In this document: in pieces, positions 56,262 through 64,000 of the stretch
Numbering within the stretch: the first letter of the stretch is position 1
Layout: the number at the start of each line of letters is the position of its first letter
DNA from: an uncultured Clostridia bacterium
GTDB taxonomy: Bacteria > Bacillota > Clostridia > TANB77 > CAG-508
NCBI GenBank assembly: GCA_946529215.1
Contig: CAMMZC010000001.1
Coordinates: forward strand, 158,180-222,179
Length of the DNA stretch: 64,000 bases
Reading direction: 5' to 3'
Program-made: the position numbers and the translations under genes
Notes under the pieces: generated by a model
What the model was told of the DNA's origin: nothing
Database searches by the model: none
What the model saw: the letters and a program-made list of their open reading frames with translations, nothing else

Positions 56262-59200
56262 CTATTTCACATTAATTTCTATTGGCATAGATTTGCCTTC
56301 AACATTAGGATTGTAATAGTCATAAGCTCTTACATTCATACCAGTTATTTTCACAGGATAGCTTGCTCTAAAGTTTACGCCCAAGTTTACCACTTGACCT
56401 ACTTCAAAGTTTCTTAAATAGATATTAACTCCTGTGTATGACATCTCATATTTTTCTATTATACCTTTACTTTCTAATAACATTAAACTTTCTTCATTTA
56501 CTACAAATCCTTGTGGTATAGCAATTGTAACCATACCATTTAAAATAGTATTTTCACTTCTGTTTATTACTCTAACATTTGTTTTTAATAATTCATTTAC
56601 TTTTAAATTATTATTACATTGTACAGATACTTCGATATTATCATTTTGAGTATTTACCTTTTCATAAGGTATATAATACTCTTCAACAACTTCATAATAT
56701 GCATTTCCTTTTTCCATATCTATACTTAGTTTATTTTCTTTATTTAAATTTTCAAATGTTACTTCATATAGTTCAAGTGGATTATCTTTAATTTCTATTT
56801 TTCTTTCATCTGAATTCATTTTTACTGCTATTGTTTGATTTTCTAAACTTCCTTTACTATTGTTTTCATTTAATGCTTTTAATACAAGAATTGTTGCTTG
56901 TGTACTATACCATGTTCCCCTTGTATCTTTTTTACTTATTAAATAATCTATAAACCTTTTATTAGTTTCTTTGCTATATGAACCTTTAGATAAAGCCATT
57001 GATGTAAGTGCAACAGTTTGTATAGTTTGAACATCATATCTTGATCCATAATAATCCATAGTATTTGATGTAATATATGCTTTATTTCCATCTATATTTG
57101 TGTTATTTACCAATCTTTTTAGTACATTATTTAATTCTTTATCTTTTACATTAGCTAAAATATTTGCTACTAATGCAAGTGTATAATTATCATCTATGCT
57201 GTCTATTTTTCCTTTTAAATAAGTTACAGATTTACTTAATCTTTCATCATTTGGATTACTTTCTGATAATGCCCAGGTTATATAAGCATTTAATGCTAAA
57301 TTTTCTTTTGAATTAGCTCCTCCTAGATGATAACCTGTAATCGTAAATGTACCATTCGTATTTTGCTTTTTGTATAAATAATTTGTCATTTTTTCTATAA
57401 CACTTTTATCTACATTATATACTTTACTCAAATCAGTTACTTCCATAAGACCATAAGCTGTTAAAACTGTTTCTGCAGGAGATTCTCCATATAGTGAATA
57501 TCCGCCACTTTCTCCTTTAACCTCATAAGTTAAAAGTTTTTGATATCCTGAAGATATATAAGAAATTGCCTTATTTCTTATCTCTTCATTTACTATCCCT
57601 TTATCTTCCAAATATTTTAATGCTAAAATATTTGGATATAAACTTGAAGAAATTTGCTCAAAACATCCTGTTGGCATTCTAAATATATTTTCCATTCCTT
57701 CAACTATTTGTGACATCGTTCCTGAATAGATTTTTACTTTTGCTTTTGCAGTATTTTCTATTATATCATCTAGAAATAATATATCTTCTGATATATCTCC
57801 ATCCAAGTTACCTGTAGAAACTACCTTTTCTAGCTTATATCCTTTTGTAGAAACATTACATTCTTTTTCAACTATATCTGTCAATGTATTGCTAGATACT
57901 TCTGCTCTAAATTTATTATTACCAGCTTTTAAAACTGTTATTGGTACATATACCATATTCGAAGACTTTGCATTTACATTTATTGTTATATTATTATTAT
58001 CTATTTTAAACCAATCTTCTTGCTTAACTTTTAATGTTGTATTTATTTGTTTATCTGTGTAATTATATATTGTTACTGGAATACTTACATTATCAGTTTC
58101 GACTAAATTTTTTGGTAATTCAAAATCTATAAAAAACTCTTTAAATACTTTTACATCATTTAATACTCCATATCCTATTCTTCCATCTTTTGTATTTCCA
58201 ATTGTTTGAATAGTCCATGTTGTAATATTATCACTTAATTTTAAATTTAAATTAGCTTGTCCATTTGTTGTTATTAATTCAGGAATAAAGCACATACTTT
58301 CTAAAAATAAATTTCTTATATTATCGTCTTTTGTAGCTTTTACTTTTTCTCCTATTTTAACTTCATCTTTTACTGAATTTGTTTCATCAATACTTGTTGC
58401 AAAATTAACTCCAAATCTATCAAAAATTGATGAATTAGATTTATCTGTTTCTGCTGCTCCAACTATATCTTGTGGGTTTATTCCAATTGGATCTTCACCT
58501 GTTGCAGTTATCATATCCACTTCTCTTGAAACTGAAGAATTGCTAATAGAACCAGAAAAATTTTTAATTGCAATTATTGTATTATATATTAAAAACATAA
58601 TTCCTAATATAATTAATACTAATAATAAAATTGTTTTGGAATTATTCTCTTTTAATTTATCTTCATTTGATTTATTAAACAAATAATTAAAACCATATAT
58701 ACCAATCAAAATTATTGGTACTATTATTCCATCTATACTTATTATTCCTTGTATAAATGCACCTATAGTAAAAGAAATAACAAGTGCTCCAATAAATTTT
58801 AGAAAATATATTATCTCATTTGTTATAATTATCATGTACTTGTTTATTTTTAAATTTTTTGCTTCACTTACTCTAGCTAAAATTGCATAGGTTAGTAATA
58901 ATATAGCAAAAATAATGCCAATCCATAAAGCTGATACTTCTAAAACAATTATTAAAAATCCAAATAACATAAATACTAAATATACTAAAATTATTGTTAA
59001 TGATGTTTTAAACAGTTTTTCATTTAGTTTAAATAATAGCGCAATATATATTGCCAAACCTATTGCTGTTATTAATACAACTGGAATCCATGTATAATCT
59101 ATTCTCCAAAAATATTCTTCTTTTATACTTACGAATAATGTTAATAATATTAAGTCAAACATTGCAAAATTAACTATATGTTTTATAACATTTCTAAAAA

Positions 59201-61205
59201 ACTTAAACTTTCTACACAAAAATGTTATAATTGTTATTACAATAATTGCAATCGAAATAATTGAAATTATAGCTGATTTTTGTTCTTGCTTTTTATTATA
59301 CATTTCTGTTTCCGATATATTTATATCTTTATTTCCTTGTTTTAGAAGAAGAGCCATCACTGTCTGTTCTGATACATCATCCATTATACAAGAATATAAA
59401 GTAGCTGCATCTAGATCATTTGAAAACTTAATATTTTGCAGAGCTAATTTCACATTATCTATAGATAGATCGTTATTGGCTAAGCTCAAAATAGAATTAT
59501 CTAACATACTTACAAGTAGTGCTGCATCTGTTCCATTTTTATTTTCATCTACTGCATTAAAGGAAATATTTATATTTTCTCTAGGTTTATATTGTTTTTT
59601 ATCTGTGTTTATACTTATATTTAGTTGTTTGGATGGTTTTATAAAAATTGTCTTTTTAAATGTGTTTTTGTTTGAATTATAAAAATAATAATTACTTTTA
59701 TTTGTATTATCTGTTACATAGATATCAACTAATCCATAAGTATCATCCAAATTTATTGTTGTATCTTCTAAATCTGTACTTAACATTTTTATTAATTTAT
59801 CATCTTTAAAGAAATAAATATTTTTTGCACTTTCTGTTATAGAAGAAATTTTTATTTTTATATCTTCACCTTGCTGATATTTTGCTTTATTAGTTGAAAC
59901 CAAAAGATTTCTTTGCTCTGTTTCTAAAGATATATTTTTTCTTACTTGATTATTCCTTATATCTTGTGCAACTATATTGAATTGTCTCGTGTTATTTGAA
60001 TAATTTTTATAACTTTCATAATAATTTGTATTATTATTTATTTGTTGTATATCTATTGAAAATTTCCCAATACCATTTTCATCTGTTGCTATTTGTTTTG
60101 TAAAATTATTTGATGATATTGTAACATAAGTCTTTACTGGCGTTCCATCTGCTTTGTTGGTAAATACATATATATCATTCTTTTTTCCAATAGCTAATTT
60201 TCCATATTCAGGAAGTAACTTTACTTCAAATATATCTGTTCCTGCTGTAAAACTACTTGATGCTTCTACATAATAGTTTGAAGAATCTACTGCTTCAACT
60301 TTTATATTATAAGTTTTAGCTTCTTTTATTTGATAATCTATTGTTGCTATTCCTTGGAAATCTGTTTTTAAATCTTTATATTTTTCATTATTAATAAAAA
60401 CCTTAAGATTAGCATTTTTAACAGTTTCTCCAAAAAAATAATTTGAATGAAATGTTATTTTGGCAGTTTGTCCAACTAAATAGTTTTGTTTATCGTAATC
60501 TATTTTCACTTCATATTTAGGAGTAACATAAGGATTTACTTTAAATTGTTTTGTTGTTTCGTTTTCTTTTGTTTTTACTACCAATTTATATAAACCACTA
60601 TTTACTTCATTAGCTAGTGAAAATTTCCCACTAATTATACCATAATCAGATGATTTAACATTTTCATTATATACTTTATTGTCATTTCCATCATATATAC
60701 TAACATTTATGTCTTTACTTATAGGTTCATCATTTTGTTTACTAGTTAATAAAGCTCTGTAATTTACTATATCTCCAGGTTTATATATTCCCTTATCTAA
60801 AGTAATAGTAACATTTTCAAGATTTCCATCTGAAATATAAATTTCTTTTTGTATAGTATCTTTTCCTGCTTTGCTAGATACTTTGGCTTCTAAAAGATAA
60901 TTTCCAGTCTCAATCTTTGGAATACTTAAAATAGCACTATTACCATCATATTTTATTTTTACGTCTTTTATAGTTTTCCCTTTTGAATCTAGTAATTTTA
61001 AATTTGTTTTTGTATCTAAATCTACGCCTTTGTCTTGTGCAATAATAGATACATATAAATCACTTTCTGTATAAGCTTTACTTGATGTATTAATTTTTAT
61101 ACATTGTTTACCACTAACAATCCAATTGTATGTATTAAATATAGCTATTATAACAATTGCAATAAAAACTAATAAAACTATACATTTTGCAACTTTTTTT
61201 CGCAT
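56262..61205 (-). CDS. alpha-2-macroglobulin-family thioester protein with an internal multi-pass membrane domain
   Basis: N-terminal anchor, then repeated Ig-like (MG-type) segments. About 8 hydrophobic helices are encoded at about 58565-59280. Further MG-like segments and the thioester motif PTGCFEQ follow (CFEQ codons 57654-57665). Start is ATG 61205, 5 nt after GGGGG. Confidence 0.8.
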   Translation of the reverse strand: MRKKVAKCIVLLVFIAIVIIAIFNTYNWIVSGKQCIKINTSSKAYTESDLYVSIIAQDKGVDLDTKTNLKLLDSKGKTIKDVKIKYDGNSAILSIPKIETGNYLLEAKVSSKAGKDTIQKEIYISDGNLENVTITLDKGIYKPGDIVNYRALLTSKQNDEPISKDINVSIYDGNDNKVYNENVKSSDYGIISGKFSLANEVNSGLYKLVVKTKENETTKQFKVNPYVTPKYEVKIDYDKQNYLVGQTAKITFHSNYFFGETVKNANLKVFINNEKYKDLKTDFQGIATIDYQIKEAKTYNIKVEAVDSSNYYVEASSSFTAGTDIFEVKLLPEYGKLAIGKKNDIYVFTNKADGTPVKTYVTISSNNFTKQIATDENGIGKFSIDIQQINNNTNYYESYKNYSNNTRQFNIVAQDIRNNQVRKNISLETEQRNLLVSTNKAKYQQGEDIKIKISSITESAKNIYFFKDDKLIKMLSTDLEDTTINLDDTYGLVDIYVTDNTNKSNYYFYNSNKNTFKKTIFIKPSKQLNISINTDKKQYKPRENINISFNAVDENKNGTDAALLVSMLDNSILSLANNDLSIDNVKLALQNIKFSNDLDAATLYSCIMDDVSEQTVMALLLKQGNKDINISETEMYNKKQEQKSAIISIISIAIIVITIITFLCRKFKFFRNVIKHIVNFAMFDLILLTLFVSIKEEYFWRIDYTWIPVVLITAIGLAIYIALLFKLNEKLFKTSLTIILVYLVFMLFGFLIIVLEVSALWIGIIFAILLLTYAILARVSEAKNLKINKYMIIITNEIIYFLKFIGALVISFTIGAFIQGIISIDGIIVPIILIGIYGFNYLFNKSNEDKLKENNSKTILLLVLIILGIMFLIYNTIIAIKNFSGSISNSSVSREVDMITATGEDPIGINPQDIVGAAETDKSNSSIFDRFGVNFATSIDETNSVKDEVKIGEKVKATKDDNIRNLFLESMCFIPELITTNGQANLNLKLSDNITTWTIQTIGNTKDGRIGYGVLNDVKVFKEFFIDFELPKNLVETDNVSIPVTIYNYTDKQINTTLKVKQEDWFKIDNNNITINVNAKSSNMVYVPITVLKAGNNKFRAEVSSNTLTDIVEKECNVSTKGYKLEKVVSTGNLDGDISEDILFLDDIIENTAKAKVKIYSGTMSQIVEGMENIFRMPTGCFEQISSSLYPNILALKYLEDKGIVNEEIRNKAISYISSGYQKLLTYEVKGESGGYSLYGESPAETVLTAYGLMEVTDLSKVYNVDKSVIEKMTNYLYKKQNTNGTFTITGYHLGGANSKENLALNAYITWALSESNPNDERLSKSVTYLKGKIDSIDDNYTLALVANILANVKDKELNNVLKRLVNNTNIDGNKAYITSNTMDYYGSRYDVQTIQTVALTSMALSKGSYSKETNKRFIDYLISKKDTRGTWYSTQATILVLKALNENNSKGSLENQTIAVKMNSDERKIEIKDNPLELYEVTFENLNKENKLSIDMEKGNAYYEVVEEYYIPYEKVNTQNDNIEVSVQCNNNLKVNELLKTNVRVINRSENTILNGMVTIAIPQGFVVNEESLMLLESKGIIEKYEMSYTGVNIYLRNFEVGQVVNLGVNFRASYPVKITGMNVRAYDYYNPNVEGKSMPIEINVK

Positions 61206-61356
61206 AAAAACCCCCATTCTGATGCAGCAACACGCCTTAACTTGCATCCTTTTATTTTCTAAAAATAGTTTATCATATATGACAAATAATTACAATGTTT
61301 TTATGCAAAAAAATAAACATACTATTATAGTTAATTAGGATTTTTCATTCTATTTT

Positions 61357-61629
61357 TTATTCTATTTGTCTTTCAATATCTAACGACTCAATCTTTCCTG
61401 TAATCTTTAAACAATCTTCTGTCATCTTGTCAAGATTTAAACCAAATCCATTAATATTTATACTTCCTATATATGTGCTAAGTTTAATATAATAATCCTC
61501 ATACCCTAGAATTCCCTTATAATTTTCTATTATAAGTTCATTAAATCCTGTAATTGTAATTTTGGGTTCATTTGTATATGTTTCTTTTGGAAGCTCAAGC
61601 ATTCGATTTATTCTATTTATTCCTTTCAT
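61357..61629 (-). CDS. yqfC: sporulation protein YqfC (YabP/YqfC family)
   Basis: 90 aa. LELPKETYTNEPKITITGFNELIIENYKGILGYEDYYIKL matches the YqfC pattern. Confidence 0.8.
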   Translation of the reverse strand: MKGINRINRMLELPKETYTNEPKITITGFNELIIENYKGILGYEDYYIKLSTYIGSININGFGLNLDKMTEDCLKITGKIESLDIERQIE

Positions 61630-61671
61630 TGTAAAAACTCATCCTCTCCTTTTAAATAAAACATAATTTAT

Positions 61672-61862
61672 TTTTAGAAGAAAAAAGATAAATTTAAAGT
61701 GAAAGAGCTTAAATGAAGCAAATTACAATTTCTATTAAATATAAAATGGTGGTACCCTTGCAAATATGACAAGGGGGAACCATAAAATATTTAATTAGAA
61801 ATTGTATGAAGCGTAATGTAAAGCGGGGTTGAACGACAAAATTATCTTTTTTCTTCTGAAAC
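61672..61862. ncRNA. candidate structured ncRNA, 6S-RNA-like rod with a large central bubble
   Basis: Closing stem AGAAGAAAAAAGATAA (61676-61691) / TTATCTTTTTTCTTCT (61842-61857). Unpaired 33/36-nt bubble. Inner stem ACAATTTCTATTAAATA (61725-61741) / TATTTAATTAGAAATTGT (61788-61805). Apical ATGGT..CCCTTG-loop-CAAGGG..ACCAT. Strand not determined; two possible G-U pairs slightly favour plus. Confidence 0.4.
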
Positions 61863-61880
61863 TAACTATATATTTAATAA

Positions 61881-62688
61881 CTATTGCACAAACTCCTCCA
61901 AACTCCTAAATTCATAGCCTTCTTCTTTAACTTTTTTTATCATTTTATCCATAATATCTGCATTTGTTTTTGATGTTGCGTGTAAAAGCATTATTTCTCC
62001 ATTATGCAAATTAGAAATTATTTTGTCCATTGCGTCACTTTCACTTGGTTGCTTTTTTTCATCCCAATCTACATACGCAAATGACCACATTACTGTTTTA
62101 TAGCCTAAATCTTCACATAAACTTAAAGTTCTTTCACTATATTCGCCTTTTGGTGGTCTTAAGTATTTCATTTCATAATTATATTTTTCATATACAGATT
62201 GATGTAGTCCCATTACTTCTTTTTTTAACTCATCATCTGAAAGGCTTGGCATCGACTTGTGATTAATGGTGTGATTGCCGAACTATATGTTTTTCGTTTA
62301 TCATTCTCTGCAATAAATCAGATGCAGTATTTACATAATGAGCTGTAATAAAAAACGTTCCTTGCACATTATTCTCCTTTAGAGCATCTAGAATTTTTGT
62401 AGTATAACCTGCCTCATAGCCTAAGTCAAAAGTTAAATAAATATATTTTTTGTCTGACGATCCAAGTGCCATTCCATTATATTTATTTATTAGTTCCACA
62501 TTTTTTTGGCCTAAATTCGGTTGTTCATGATTATTTTTCCTTTGTATTCCCCATTCTATTTTTTTGTTATTTAAACCTGTCTCAGAATTCGTAGCTAATC
62601 CATTTTCATTTACTCCTGACATGTAACTTAATGTTATTATTAATGTAAGTAATCCACCTAAAATTATAGTTTTAATTTGCTTTTTCAT
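61881..62688 (-). pseudogene. PdaA-like polysaccharide deacetylase (NodB domain) disrupted by a 1-nt frameshift
   Basis: ORFs 62263-62688 and 61881-62252 are the N- and C-terminal parts of one deacetylase. Deleting one base near 62280 (GTTCGGCAA to GTTGGCAA) restores HIVGNHTINHKSMPSLSDDE, the conserved NodB His motif. Confidence 0.8.
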
Positions 62689-62817
62689 AATAATTTCTTC
62701 CCTTTCTTTTTTTAATTATATGTTTTAAGAATAAAAAAATAACTAAAAATTTAGGTAGAAATCATCATTTCTGATTTCTACCTAAACTATTGGCATTTAG
62801 CCTTAATCTTTAGTTAT

Positions 62818-63831
62818 TTATATAAAACTATTTATTCTATTTTTACTATTTCTTGGCTTAGCTAGCATTGGATAAAGCTCATATTTTATTTTAAAAATCT
62901 TAAAATCTTCCAATTCGTTTTTATCAAGGCAATCCAAATACACATCCAATTCATTCAAAGTTCTGCAAGCTGAAATTATAGCTGGATGTAAAAATCTTTT
63001 TTTCATCATCTCTAGTGCTAGTGTTACTGCATCTATAAAACTATATTTTTCTCTTTCTCTAGCTAATTTCATTGTTTCTCTGTATCTACTTGCAAATTGT
63101 ATTTTATAATCTGAAAAATCTCTTGTAAATCTATCATTTATTACATCATCTATTGAGTTGTATTTATTAGTTTCTTGATTAAAAATACTTATTACTTCCT
63201 CTGCTCTATATGGTAATACAACTTTTCCTTGTTTTTCAGATATTAAAAGTGTATTATTGTTTTTCAACTTAATATCACTTTCTTCTTTTTCTTCAGCAGT
63301 ATTCATCTTTGGCTCTTCATAGGAATTAGCGTTTTCATTTTCAAGCAAATATAAAATACTTGTATTTTCATTTAAAACTTTTTCCATTTCTTTTTCGTGT
63401 TCTTCTTTATTTTTTTCAAGTGTTTTTGCTAAATCACACATTAATCCATTTATATAGCTTTCTGTTACTTGTTCTTCAAAAACACTATTTGCTATATAAT
63501 TATTTCTAATTTCTTTATAATTTTGCTTCAAATTTTTTACTTTTTTCTTTCTTATTTTGTCATTAAAATCAATATCTTCAAGCAAATTGTTCAAAATCTC
63601 CAAATTACTGTTAATTACATCTATTTGTGTTTGAAATACTTGTATTTTATTTTCCATCTCTTCTTTATTTAGATTATTTTTATCTGTAATTCCATCTTCG
63701 AATACTTGCATAGTATCTAAATAAGTATTATATAAAGAAATTCTTTTGCTATATGAATTTTTATAATTTTCTAATTCTTTGTAATCAGCTTCCATTTGAG
63801 CTTTCAATTTTTTATTATTATAAAATATCAT
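62818..63831 (-). CDS. hypothetical coiled-coil protein
   Basis: 337-aa ORF. GAGGAG RBS. The start ATG overlaps the stop of the upstream partial ORF (TAATG). Confidence 0.5.
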   Translation of the reverse strand: MIFYNNKKLKAQMEADYKELENYKNSYSKRISLYNTYLDTMQVFEDGITDKNNLNKEEMENKIQVFQTQIDVINSNLEILNNLLEDIDFNDKIRKKKVKNLKQNYKEIRNNYIANSVFEEQVTESYINGLMCDLAKTLEKNKEEHEKEMEKVLNENTSILYLLENENANSYEEPKMNTAEEKEESDIKLKNNNTLLISEKQGKVVLPYRAEEVISIFNQETNKYNSIDDVINDRFTRDFSDYKIQFASRYRETMKLAREREKYSFIDAVTLALEMMKKRFLHPAIISACRTLNELDVYLDCLDKNELEDFKIFKIKYELYPMLAKPRNSKNRINSFI

Positions 63832-64000
63832 TAAGTATCATTCTCCTCATATTTTGGAACATTATATAATTTTCTTGCATTTTCTCTTGCTAAGATTTTT
63901 TCTTCTTTATCCTTATCTTTTGTATATGATATTATTATGATGATAATTAAAATTGCAATACCTGTTCCTGTAAACATTTCAGTTAATAATGTTCCTAATT
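63831..64000 (-). CDS. 3' end of a small or truncated membrane protein ORF (runs off the window)
   Basis: Minus-frame translation ...LGTLLTEMFTGTGIAILIIIIIISYTKDKDKEEKILARENARKLYNVPKYEENDT* is open to the window edge. The stop overlaps the next start. Confidence 0.3.
   Translation of the reverse strand, partial: LGTLLTEMFTGTGIAILIIIIIISYTKDKDKEEKILARENARKLYNVPKYEENDT

Overview
This 64-kb window is a very AT-rich chromosome segment (roughly 27-28% GC by eye, not computed) from a spore-forming, Clostridia-like Firmicute. No rRNA, tRNA or CRISPR array was recognised.

Most of it is housekeeping, heat-shock and sporulation genes:
- Translation, tRNA and metabolism: rqcH, glmM, rpsT, serS, infC-rpmI-rplT, queA, rimO, ybeY, asd.
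- Heat shock and DNA maintenance: hrcA-grpE-dnaK-dnaJ, clpE, scpB, rarA, mutS2.
- Sporulation: an alpha/beta SASP, spoVB-like, ylbJ, sigH, yqfC, yqfD, and a frameshifted pdaA-like deacetylase.

An accessory patch at about 24.7-29.8 kb holds a two-ORF IS256-family element, a pilin-like surface protein and a solo MazF-like gene.

Observations most worth follow-up:
1. At 50.9-51.95 kb there is a perfect promoter, then two identical 56-nt direct repeats, then a terminator hairpin that is fully paired only in minus-sense RNA, then a 234-aa nuclease-like ORF. This is type III toxin-antitoxin architecture with a protein that does not look like ToxN.
2. A 1647-aa thioester-containing alpha-2-macroglobulin homologue is interrupted by about eight transmembrane helices and sits between yqfC and yqfD.
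3. Two paralogous unknown genes lie between dnaK and dnaJ, with translational coupling into dnaJ.
4. A fic gene lies directly upstream of hrcA. Variant CIRCE palindromes (TTAGCA-N15-TGCTAA) overlap both heat-shock promoters.
5. A dispersed palindromic repeat family has four copies, one translated in-frame inside rimO.
6. A 140-nt island of about 54% GC, depleted in adenine, sits at the 3' end of the pilin-like gene. It resembles a DGR variable region, but there is no RT or template repeat in the window.
7. Two rod-like structured regions of about 180 nt were found; one is 6S-RNA-like.
8. A TTTTGTCGA motif is shared upstream of two toxin-like genes.

All family assignments come from reading motifs in the supplied translations. 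No database search was run.
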